Positions 1 through 9,200 of a DNA stretch of 12,801 nt are shown in pieces. Source of the stretch: a candidate division WOR-3 bacterium (lineage in GTDB: Bacteria; Hydrothermota; UBA3072; B12-G15); the NCBI GenBank assembly GCA_965649055.1, contig CBFGJG010000051.1, positions 1 to 12,801 on the forward strand. Direction: 5' to 3'. The notes beneath the pieces were generated by a model that did no database searches, was not told the DNA's origin, and worked only from the letters and a program-made list of their open reading frames with translations. Every line of letters starts with the position of its first letter. Positions within the stretch are counted from its first letter, which is position 1. Position numbers and translations under genes: made by a program.

Positions 1-559
1 CCATTGGTAAATGGGAAAGATACGAATATGATGGAATTTTAAAATATTTTGCAAGTTTTCCTTTATATGCATCATAGTATCCTTCATTAAGTCTTCCTTC
101 GTATGGGATAATAGAAGATTCATTAAAAACTGTTATTCCTTCAATCATAAAAAGTGGATTAAATATTGAATTTGGTATTATAAGCCTTCCAAATATAAAT
201 CTTAAGAATTTAGGGAATCCACCTACATTTGTAAGGTGTGAAATATGAGTGTATTCATGGACTGAAATCGTTCTAAACCACGAACGCATAGTTCCAAATC
301 TTGGGTTTGGATTTGGTATATTTGTAAAGAAATGCATTGATTTAGCTAAAGGGTCTGCATAAGCATTCGATGAAACACCTATATCCTCCATAAAAACATA
401 AACCTTACCCGGTCTTCCACCAGTTATATTATCAACATATTCCTTATATTTTTCAAGATAAGATAATGAAATTAATGCCTCATTTTCCAATTCTTCAGGA
501 TAGTATATGACAAAATTATTTGTTTCTATTATTTGAAAAAAAATTAGAAATATCATCAT
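1..559 (-). CDS. Zinc metallopeptidase-like protein, gluzincin/peptidase MA type; N-terminal 186 aa only, continues past the left edge
   Basis: Not in the ORF track. Manual translation from ATG 559 (or 556) is open to the edge: MMIFLIFFQIIETNNFVIYYPEELENEA...NAYADP...WFRTISVHEYTHISH...PLFMIEGITVFNES...EGRLNEG. HEXXH at 245..259; candidate third ligand Glu (EGITV) at 140..142. Confidence 0.88.
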   Translation of the reverse strand, partial: MMIFLIFFQIIETNNFVIYYPEELENEALISLSYLEKYKEYVDNITGGRPGKVYVFMEDIGVSSNAYADPLAKSMHFFTNIPNPNPRFGTMRSWFRTISVHEYTHISHLTNVGGFPKFLRFIFGRLIIPNSIFNPLFMIEGITVFNESSIIPYEGRLNEGYYDAYKGKLAKYFKIPSYSYLSHLPM

Positions 560-572
560 ATCTGCGGAATTT

Positions 573-600
573 ATTCTAATACATTTTTTAAAAATATCAA
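573..600 (-). promoter_or_regulatory. Possible sigma70-type promoter for the HEXXH gene
   Basis: Minus strand TTGATA (600..595), 16 nt, TAGAAT (578..573), ending 13 nt before ATG 559; no SD before that ATG. AT-rich context makes chance matches common. Confidence 0.35.
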
Positions 601-607
601 CAAGTAT

Positions 608-2239
608 TTATTTTTCTCCTTCATATTTTTCTATCCAATCTTTTATTTTTTTCTTGGAATCAGAGAAGGTAAACGAAGAATAAACTGAATGAAAATTTTC
701 TTTATCCACCAATTTGGGATATACTATTTTACATGCCTTGATTTTATTATCTTCAAATGAAAATAACTTTAAAATATTTATCAGTTGTTCACAGGTAAAA
801 TAATTATCACTTGCAGCACTCTCAAGGATTTCAATCTTTGTATCTTCAAAACTTTCACTCTTGATTGATTCCAAAAGTTTTGAAAAAGAATTTTCGCTCA
901 TTGGTTTTATTACTTTCTCTTCTTCCATCTTTTCTTTAAGTAATGATTTAACATAAAGAATATGTTCCATCCTATTTTTTATCTCTAATTTTTTCACCCA
1001 TATTTCACCATTTCTTCTTATTTCTATCTTATAAAAGCCTTCTTTTAAGCCTTTTTTTAATGTTGGGATTTCAGCCTGATGAATAGGAATCTCTGATAAC
1101 TCCGATTTAATAGATACAATCGCACCTTCTGGTTCAAGGATTTTTATCGATGTTTCTCCACTCTCCGATCTTTTCCGAATAAGTTTATAATCAGGACTCT
1201 CCTCTTTCTCTTCTTTTCCAATAATTTCTGTCTCTGTTTCTTTTGTTTCAGTGACAAATTTCTCTTCAATTTTCTTTTCAGGAATTTCTGATTTTATAAT
1301 TATTTTTTCACCTGATATTTCTGCACTAACCAAGTCAAGCCTTGAATCAAAAATCATATTTAATGGGCCTTTAATTTCTGAATGATCAATAATACAAAAC
1401 ATTATTCCTTTATTGGGTTCAAAATATGCCGTAGCATTTTGATTTATTTCCATCATCATCTCGCTCATTCCAGGCACTTCAGCCATTTCTATTTCTCCAC
1501 CTATTTCTGGTATACCCTGCATCATCTCCTTTGTTGAAATCCTAGTTTTGTTTTCTAATTCTATACAATTGAAACCACCAATGTTCGTTATTCTGTTAAT
1601 CGAACAATCAACATTAAATCCACAAGAGGAAAATTGCATCTTCTCACCAAGTTTAACAGGTTGATCAGGTAAATATATTGGATGAAATATACCATCAGGG
1701 TCGTATTCTGCAAAAGTAGTATTATCACTTATTGAATAATCAACTGAAACAGGGGATTTAAAAAGCCTTCGCAATTCATCTTTTTCATTTTGGTCAGAAA
1801 CATTCGCAAGTTCAAATTCCCATATCCCCTGAATCTTTTTTCTTTGAAGAATGAAGGTCTCCCCATTTGGTTTAATGTACAATAGAAGATTTTTAATCAA
1901 TTTATTTACAGGTATTTCTTTTCCATTAACAAAACCTTTGGTATAAACAATCTTTACAATTGCAGCTCCATCTAAGGGGCGAATATCTGAACTTTTTGCC
2001 TTAAAAGTTCCAAGGGGTGTTTTGAATGTAAAACTTGCATCAGTCGGTGTGTAAATCTTCTCAACTATCTGGTCATAGTAAAATTCTTGTGAACCAAATT
2101 GTGGTGATTCCACAGTGAGCTTATAATGATAAACATCCCCTTCATGCCATTTAAATCTCAAAAGATAAGACTGGGAGAATAAGGGTTCTGTAATCAATAA
2201 TAAAAAAAGAAACAAAATGAAAATTTTTTTATTTTTCAT
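608..2239 (-). CDS. Exported protein (543 aa) with C-terminal DUF4476 domain, central PEGA-like segment and uncharacterised (DUF6263-like) N-terminal domain
   Basis: Start moved from 2275 to ATG 2239: AAGGAGGT lies just upstream and gives a classic signal peptide MKNKKIFILFLFLLLITEPLFS. C-terminus PMSENSFSKLLESIKSESFEDTK...YFTCEQ...FSFEDNK...YPKLVDKENF...FTFSDSK fits DUF4476 (about 645..904). EPEGAIVSI...GLKEGFYKIEI is PEGA-like. N-terminal call is weak. Confidence 0.85.
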   Translation of the reverse strand: MKNKKIFILFLFLLLITEPLFSQSYLLRFKWHEGDVYHYKLTVESPQFGSQEFYYDQIVEKIYTPTDASFTFKTPLGTFKAKSSDIRPLDGAAIVKIVYTKGFVNGKEIPVNKLIKNLLLYIKPNGETFILQRKKIQGIWEFELANVSDQNEKDELRRLFKSPVSVDYSISDNTTFAEYDPDGIFHPIYLPDQPVKLGEKMQFSSCGFNVDCSINRITNIGGFNCIELENKTRISTKEMMQGIPEIGGEIEMAEVPGMSEMMMEINQNATAYFEPNKGIMFCIIDHSEIKGPLNMIFDSRLDLVSAEISGEKIIIKSEIPEKKIEEKFVTETKETETEIIGKEEKEESPDYKLIRKRSESGETSIKILEPEGAIVSIKSELSEIPIHQAEIPTLKKGLKEGFYKIEIRRNGEIWVKKLEIKNRMEHILYVKSLLKEKMEEEKVIKPMSENSFSKLLESIKSESFEDTKIEILESAASDNYFTCEQLINILKLFSFEDNKIKACKIVYPKLVDKENFHSVYSSFTFSDSKKKIKDWIEKYEGEK

Positions 2240-2242
2240 AAT

Positions 2243-2250
2243 ACCTCCTT
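2243..2250 (-). promoter_or_regulatory. Shine-Dalgarno site AAGGAGGT
   Basis: Perfect SD just upstream of ATG 2239. Confidence 0.85.
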
Positions 2251-2302
2251 TTAATAAAAATTTACAATTTTCCATAAAAGAAATTGATATAATGTCAACT
2301 TT

Positions 2303-2728
2303 TTATCTTATCTTCAATACCTTATATAATCTATCTTTTATCTTAACAAAATAGATACCAGGCTCTAAATCTTTTCCAACCATATCGCCATAATACTCAC
2401 CACATCTTGAACCAGCTATATTATATACAGAAACCCTAAATTTTTCGTATCCCTTAAAAGAGATATAATCTATAAATATATTTGGGTAATTATCTTTTGT
2501 ATTTTTCTCTTCTATACCTACCTGACCGTTAGTATAAATCTTTTGTGCATAGATATCAGCATAACTTGTGCGATAATCATACCATGTAATGATAGCACCA
2601 CCTGAACCATCTGACATTATTTCAGGATATTTCTGTGTGTAGACTGCGTTACAAACCACATTTCCATCCTCCTCCCAACCACCTAAGAGTATAATTGAGA
2701 ACAAAAAAAACAAAAACAACTTTTTCAT
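2303..2728 (-). CDS. Small secreted protein (141 aa): signal peptide, one beta-propeller-type repeat, T9SS type A-like sorting tail
   Basis: MKKLFLFFLFSIILLG signal; single unit W..DG..VC.A...Q..P.I.SDGSGGAIITWYDYR...DIYAQKI..NG; VGIEE junction; tail VYNIAG...LEPGIYFVK...KVLKIR. Confidence 0.85.
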   Translation of the reverse strand: MKKLFLFFLFSIILLGGWEEDGNVVCNAVYTQKYPEIMSDGSGGAIITWYDYRTSYADIYAQKIYTNGQVGIEEKNTKDNYPNIFIDYISFKGYEKFRVSVYNIAGSRCGEYYGDMVGKDLEPGIYFVKIKDRLYKVLKIR

Positions 2729-2732
2729 AAAA

Positions 2733-2740
2733 ACCTCCTT
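2733..2740 (-). promoter_or_regulatory. Shine-Dalgarno site AAGGAGGT
   Basis: Perfect SD 4 nt upstream of ATG 2728, right after the upstream stop (2742..2744). Confidence 0.85.
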
Positions 2741-2741
2741 T

Positions 2742-5369
2742 TTATGAAATCTTTAAAAATTTTCTTTTAAATTTATTCTTTCCGTTATTTACCATTAGAA
2801 AATAAATATTATTTTTTAAATTCTTTGAATCAATTGTTATAAAATTATTCCCTGATTTCACTTCACGCTCCTGCTCTATAAGAACCCTTCCTGTAACATC
2901 AGCTATCTTTATACTAACCTTAGTATCTCTATCAGAGACAAATAAAAATTTTATCCTTTCTTTTTCAACTTTTATATCATAGATATCCGGCTTGATTGGT
3001 AAGACATTGAACCTTAGTGTGTCCGACAAGACTTTAAGAAAATTATTTCCACCTTCTATGAAAACATCATATTCCCCTTCTTTTAACGGCCCTATCTTTA
3101 TATTCCTCAAATTCACTGCATCTATTATTTTCTTAAATTCTTCCCCCTTTCCTCTCAAGTAGATGTTAAAATGATCAAATGATTGTGGCGCATTACCAAA
3201 TATATTTATATAATTCCCATTAACAAATCCATTAAACTGAATTGATGCAGTGCTTAAAACGACCAATGCATATCCTTCATAAGGCTTATAATTGCTCTCA
3301 TATTTTGTTGCCGTAATGAACAAGGTATCATTCTCTATTGATGGGGTTATTGTAAAACTAACATTCCCAGATAAATCTGTTGTTCCAACTCGATATATTG
3401 TATCAACTTTAGTCATTATACAAACAGTTACATTTGAAATACTTGCCTTTGTTCCATCATATACATTTATAATGATTGTACCTGGACCTGTATTAACAGT
3501 CGCGGGATGTGATGCATATAATGTTTTTGTTGTATCCCTCCATGTTGGCATTTCAGGGTCTCCTTGAAGATTGTATTCAATCAAAGACCATTTCTCAGCA
3601 CTCTCACTCGTTATAAAAGCCTTGTGTCTATCCCTTGCCCTTGCAAGTGCCTCTCCTATATGCCATTTGTTAAATGCAAATGAATAAAATACAAATCTGA
3701 AAACAAGCCCAACAGTAAGTTTATAATTCCCTAAGCTCGTATCTGTATCTTCCTGGTCCAAACCCCACCCATATTCTGAATTTAAGATAGTTGCAACACC
3801 ACCTGACCTATCAACAAGCCATACCTTTGAATATGCAGTATCCCTCTCATGATAACCACCTGACATACAACATATACCTGTATGTATACCCCATCTTGAA
3901 CCTTCTATAGATAATGGTATTGTTCTTAAATCAAGAACAGTGATATTTTTTGCAGCAAGTTGTCCCTGCATAATTGTAATATAATCACCATGTGAATATG
4001 AAATTGTCCATCCCCTTCCATGATTCATTGAATGAACTGCACTATCATCGTCAGGATAGTATCCTAATTCATTATACATCTCATGATAATTTAAATAATT
4101 TACTCCAGCAGTCGAAAGTTTTGATTCAAGCTGTTCTGCATGAAAGTATCCTTCTGAATTCGTTGACCATAATTGTTCACTGAAAAATAAGAATTTCCTT
4201 AAATAATCCTGCACTGGTGTCCTTTCATAGAATAAAACCCTGTTCACAAAATTCTCTACATCTGCTGATGTCTTTACACAAACACGGCCAACATAACAAT
4301 CCGCAAGTAAATCTGGATTATCCGCTGTCCTCTCACAATACAAAAGGTCATTATCATCATCCCAGTCATGATAAACACCAGAACGATACAAATCTTCAAA
4401 GAATCTTTCAGATGCAATATTATTATCTATTGTAGCAGGAACTGTAGCAACATAGCCATAACAGGGTGCATTTGGTAGGGAATCTTTGTGTGAACCTATA
4501 AGAAACCACAATGTCCCCCATGTTCTATATGCATCATCTATGAATTTTTTTGTCTTCTCTGCAAGATTTGCACCCGTATAATTCGCATTTATATCACTTA
4601 TAAGGTAATATCTTGCCCTAACACCTTTCTTATTCTTCCATTCTATCAATGGCTTCCAGTAAGTTGTGTCAGCCTTCTTACATATAACAACCCATGCATA
4701 ATCCCCTGATGGAAGCGCTTTTGATAACTTTCTTGGCGATGATTTCAAAATCATCTTATAAAAATCTACAGCCTCTGGATTTATTACCATCTCCTTCACA
4801 TTTTCGCCCATATTCTCTACTATCCTCTCATGTAAACCAAAAACCTCATATGTCTTTTTATAATGAACCCTTACTTTTATATATTCTATAAACTCCAATC
4901 TTGATGAAGAAGGATAATAAAGAATAGGTGCGACACAGAACATACCTATCTGGAATCCTGCTTTCGTTCCTGTTGAAACATTATTTATTATATTCTCAGG
5001 ATATGGACCTTCCATACTTAGATATTCTTCCTTCAAAGGTATAAATTCACTATTTATAGGAATATTTGTAAAAGGTCTTGGTGGCTGAGCTGGAAAGATC
5101 TTATAATCACCTTCAAGAACACTTTTCTTCATCTGTATTATTTCTATATTTTCAATTTCATTACCTGGTGGAATAGCAATACAATAAGGAATAAGTAAAT
5201 ATTCAGGCTCACCAGGATTACCTGTTTCAAATGCACCTGTCAAACTAATCCTATGATAACCGTTCACTTTCAATATTGATAAATCAGACTTTGAATAATC
5301 AAATTCAAAGTCTACAAAATCAGCATATAAAACAACAAAAAACAAAAAAACTAAAACTAATTTTTTCAT
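2742..5369 (-). CDS. C25 family (gingipain-like) cysteine peptidase, 875 aa: signal peptide, C25 propeptide, catalytic domain, Ig-like domain, sorting tail
   Basis: Start preferred at ATG 5369 (MKKLVLVFLFFVVLYA, GGGGGA upstream) over 5381. Propeptide GNPGEPEY...IAIPPG...P..YYP...L; catalytic motifs LIEWKNKKG, WFLIG, YVGRV, SHG (His codon 3990..3992), ICCMSG (Cys codon 3867..3869), YNLQGDPEM; tail IADVTGR...LKNNIYFL...RKFLKIS. Confidence 0.92.
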   Translation of the reverse strand: MKKLVLVFLFFVVLYADFVDFEFDYSKSDLSILKVNGYHRISLTGAFETGNPGEPEYLLIPYCIAIPPGNEIENIEIIQMKKSVLEGDYKIFPAQPPRPFTNIPINSEFIPLKEEYLSMEGPYPENIINNVSTGTKAGFQIGMFCVAPILYYPSSSRLEFIEYIKVRVHYKKTYEVFGLHERIVENMGENVKEMVINPEAVDFYKMILKSSPRKLSKALPSGDYAWVVICKKADTTYWKPLIEWKNKKGVRARYYLISDINANYTGANLAEKTKKFIDDAYRTWGTLWFLIGSHKDSLPNAPCYGYVATVPATIDNNIASERFFEDLYRSGVYHDWDDDNDLLYCERTADNPDLLADCYVGRVCVKTSADVENFVNRVLFYERTPVQDYLRKFLFFSEQLWSTNSEGYFHAEQLESKLSTAGVNYLNYHEMYNELGYYPDDDSAVHSMNHGRGWTISYSHGDYITIMQGQLAAKNITVLDLRTIPLSIEGSRWGIHTGICCMSGGYHERDTAYSKVWLVDRSGGVATILNSEYGWGLDQEDTDTSLGNYKLTVGLVFRFVFYSFAFNKWHIGEALARARDRHKAFITSESAEKWSLIEYNLQGDPEMPTWRDTTKTLYASHPATVNTGPGTIIINVYDGTKASISNVTVCIMTKVDTIYRVGTTDLSGNVSFTITPSIENDTLFITATKYESNYKPYEGYALVVLSTASIQFNGFVNGNYINIFGNAPQSFDHFNIYLRGKGEEFKKIIDAVNLRNIKIGPLKEGEYDVFIEGGNNFLKVLSDTLRFNVLPIKPDIYDIKVEKERIKFLFVSDRDTKVSIKIADVTGRVLIEQEREVKSGNNFITIDSKNLKNNIYFLMVNNGKNKFKRKFLKIS

Positions 5370-5382
5370 AATTTCCCCCATT

Positions 5383-6231
5383 TTACTTTTTCAATTTTGT
5401 TAAAATGAATTTACCCACTTCATCCCCATATCTTATAATAAGGAAATAAATCCCCGAAGGTAATGGGTTCCCATTATTATCATCACCTTTCAACAAAATC
5501 CTTCCAGTTCTTTTTTTAAATCTTTCCACTTTAATCTTTTCTCCGAGCAAATTGTAAACCTCTAAAATAATGTTGTCATTATCAATTTCTCCGTCAATAA
5601 AGATCTCTATTTCTTCAAAAAAGGGATTTTGAGAAATTGAAAACTTCACTTTTTTATTATTTTCAATTATACCTGTCCAGTTTGAAGATGAATAAAAATC
5701 CCCCCAGTTATATGGCTCAAATCCTCCAAATCCCCAATTAAATCCTGCAAATAAAGCCATACCAAGTGTATCTGGCTCACCATTTGTAATTCCAAGTTCT
5801 TGGAATGAATATGCAACTTCCCCTCTCCAAAGATTTGCATTAATAAATGACCATGAAAAGCTCCATCCTCCAATTTCAACTGTCTCAAACCAAAAACCAT
5901 TACCTTGTTCTTCGTATATCCAATATGGACTAAATCCGTAATGTCTATCATCTGTCTGTGGTGTAGATGCATCATCATTCTCTGTATCAAAAAAATGTTC
6001 AACGTCATATGATAAATTTACACTATCAAACGCAAAATACACATATTCACCATCATGTTTCAAATACATTGAAGAACCCTGACTAGGGTCCCTTATATAT
6101 ACAGCATCTGAGTATTCACCGGAAGAAATGTTACCATCAATAATTGGTGAACTCCCAAATGGGCAATCTAAAAAAGAACATAAAACTGAAACACTTATAA
6201 AAAATAAAAATACACATATTTTATTAAACAT
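5383..6231 (-). CDS. Secreted protein (282 aa) with CBM9/DOMON-like putative ligand-binding domain and FlgD-Ig/T9SS-like sorting tail
   Basis: Signal MFNKICVFLFFISVSVLC; PIIDGNISSGEY...YLKHDGEYVYFAF...WRGEVAYSFQELG pattern; TGIIE junction; tail QNPF...VYNLLGEKIK...GDDNNGNPLPSGIYFL...KLKK. Confidence 0.8.
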   Translation of the reverse strand: MFNKICVFLFFISVSVLCSFLDCPFGSSPIIDGNISSGEYSDAVYIRDPSQGSSMYLKHDGEYVYFAFDSVNLSYDVEHFFDTENDDASTPQTDDRHYGFSPYWIYEEQGNGFWFETVEIGGWSFSWSFINANLWRGEVAYSFQELGITNGEPDTLGMALFAGFNWGFGGFEPYNWGDFYSSSNWTGIIENNKKVKFSISQNPFFEEIEIFIDGEIDNDNIILEVYNLLGEKIKVERFKKRTGRILLKGDDNNGNPLPSGIYFLIIRYGDEVGKFILTKLKK

Positions 6232-6235
6232 TATT

Positions 6236-6241
6236 CCTCCT
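6236..6241 (-). promoter_or_regulatory. Shine-Dalgarno AGGAGG overlapping the upstream TAG stop (translational coupling)
   Basis: Minus strand TAGGAGGAATAATG: TAG at 6242..6240, ATG at 6231. Confidence 0.8.
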
Positions 6242-9200
6242 ATCTTAATATGATTATCTTTTTTGTTTCTTCATATCCTCCTGTTTGGAATTTTATAAAA
6301 TAAATACCTTCTTCTTGAATTTCCATTTTTGAAATATAGCATCCTGGTTCTTGATTATCATATTTTATCTCTCTTTTAATCCTTCCTGTGATATCGATCA
6401 CCCTTATTCTTACATCCGTAATCATCGGTAATCCATAAGAAAAGATTATTTTTGATCTTGAAACATTCCCAATTATTTGGAATGAGTATTTTTCAGGGAT
6501 TAAATTGGCAGTTATGTTAAACATCTTTGACCATTTTATCTCTCCTGTTTTTAATTTTAGTCCTACCTGATATATATATGACATATTTGAAACAACATTT
6601 CTGTCTTTATATCTATATATCCCATCACTACTTTCCATCACTTTTAAGTTTCCTATTATATTCCAATCGGTATCTTTCCTCTTAATAATCCACTCATCCC
6701 CACCTTCTACATTTTTCGCTTCCCAGATTAGTAAAATTCCATCTTTTTCATTTATGGCATTCACAGAGATTAGTTCAATACCAAGAGGATAGAAATTTAA
6801 GATCACAGGAAGTTTTGCATTCGTTCCTTTAGATACACCAATTGCGTTTGTGAAAAATATAAGTGTATCTGAGTATCTTATTGGAGAAAGACCAGCCGTA
6901 TCTATAATAACAGAAATTTTTACTGAATCCCCTTTTAAAATACTTGAGTTTCTTGGAAAAATTGATTTTATCCAATTTGAATTCAGCTTTGTATTTATAG
7001 AATCTATTGTTAATGTTGTATCTCCTATATTTCTTACAAAGATAAAACCCGTGTCGTTCCATTCATAAGATTGAGTAAAATATGATACTATTCCCCTTAT
7101 ACAAAAATCTGATGATGTATTTTTTATCCAAGATGAACCATTTGATGAATAATAACTTCTTTCAGTTATTGTAGCATCACCCTGATCATTATTCATTCCC
7201 TGATATGTTGTTCTTAATTTTGCAACAATCCAGAAATCATTATCATCTATATAAGGGGGGAGATCTATTTTATTCCATAAATTTGAACCTGTTAAAGGTG
7301 TAAAAGCAGTCTTTGAAATAATTGTCCCTGGTAACCCTCCATTATCATCCATAACCATTATTGTATCACCTGAATAACCAAGGACATTATCAATACATAC
7401 TATTGCAGATTTTACCGAACACAATGAAGCCGGTGTAAATCTCACACCATAATATGAGTATGTGCTAACATCCCATAAAGGACCTGCGTCATAAATAATT
7501 GTATCGATTTGGCTTTTTATCCCATTTTTTTTCGAATAATCAAAAAGAATGGAATCAGCGGAGAAGGAAATAACAGGCCCTTTACCAACAAGGAAATTTA
7601 AAGAAACAGCCCAAATACTATCATTCGCATCATTTATTTTTAAAGAACAGGAAACTGAATGCCCCAAAGGTGTCTCATAAGATATTGATAATCTATATCT
7701 AAATGTTTTTTCTTCAAGTGGAATTACATTTCCAAAATCCTCTACTGAATCAATAAAACTTGTGTAAATATCATTATCTATGAGCTTACCAAATATAGAA
7801 TATCCTGTTGTATCTCCTATATTTTTAATTGTTCCACATATATCAATAATTTCACCAGGTTCAACAACCCCATTTGAGTTTGAACTTGAAACTGTATCAT
7901 AAATTGAATAACTTATGAGAGAAATCCTTGGAATTTTAATATAGTTTTTGTAAAGTATTGAGATAGGAACAGCCGAGATAAAACTGTAAAATTTGTTTTC
8001 ATAAGATGCATCTGAATAAATAATTAATGTATCAAAATAATTTTGTTCTTTTGAAAGACCTATCGTATCGACCCTTATAACGATCTTTGAAGAATCAAAT
8101 GGAGGAATTGCAAGGAATTCAGGTTTCTTAGAATAAAACCAACTTGAGTTATTTTTTAATTCTATTTTTTCAATTGTCAAAGTTGCAGAACCATCATTTT
8201 TTACCCACAGAATAGAAGAATCTGTAAGGGATTTTGGTGTAAAAGTTTTTACTAAAACCCTTATTAGAAAATCTGAATTATATGATTGCCAGTTAGAACC
8301 ATTTGTTGAAACAAAACTATTTCCAGAACCAGCTGCATCACCAAGCATTGTTCCATTACTTGTCCCCTGATCATTAATTACAACCCAGAAAGGATTTTGA
8401 AAAACATATGGCCTATAAGGATTGAATAAAGGAACTTCCGTGAATCCACTATCTGCATACTTATCGGGCATATAAAAGAATGAATCAATTACTGCCCCGG
8501 GAATACCAGCATTATCTTGTCTTAAAAATAACTTATCATAAAAGTTTGTGATAATAGGGCTCCTACCAACGAGTGCCTGTAAAAGTGTGCAACCTGGATT
8601 TGGAATAAAACGAACACCCATATAAGGGTAAGTGGAGAAATAAATTTGTTTTGTAGGATTTCCATCATCATAAAATATTGTATCAAGATAAGATGATAAT
8701 TTTTTATTTTTGTATCTGTAATCAAATATGATTTCATTAGGGTTTAAATTTATAATCTTCTGTCCTTTAACCAATAAAAGAAAACAAGAATACCATGTTT
8801 CAGCATCTTTTGATATAATCAAAGAACATGGAACAAAAAATTCTTCGGGCGTAAAAGAAGAAACTTGTATCCTAAATGCACCATTTGAAATAACAGAATC
8901 ACCGGATAGAATACTTAAAAAATTAACACTATCTTTTATTATTGAAACATATGAACTAAAAATCTTTAATTTTCCTGATAAACCAGAATAATTACTTAAT
9001 GTGTTATTTCTTATCCAAACTGGAATATCAACAATCTCACCGCTATTTATCTCTTTATTATTATCTGCATTTAAGATTGTATCAAAAACTTCATAATTAA
9101 GAAAAACTATCCCCTCATTACCAATGACCTTGATATTCCCTTCATAAGGATAAAAATTTTGTTTTGTAACTGTTATTTCAAGGTTTCCAGAAAATGGGAT

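Noticed and set aside
560..610. The HEXXH gene is in frame with the DUF4476 gene, separated by one TAA and 16 open codons (possible readthrough or split gene)
   Set aside because: DUF4476 is a natural C-terminus, the downstream gene has its own hydrophobic N-terminus and candidate promoter, and such an open frame is plausible by chance.
2240..2275. ORF-track start at 2275 (MENCKFLLKGGI)
   Set aside because: The extension spans the SD; ATG 2239 gives a proper signal peptide.
2703..2710. A8 tract in signal-peptide coding sequence (also 536..543) as a phase-variation site
   Set aside because: Runs of 7-8 are expected in Phe/Leu codons of AT-rich DNA and the frames are intact.
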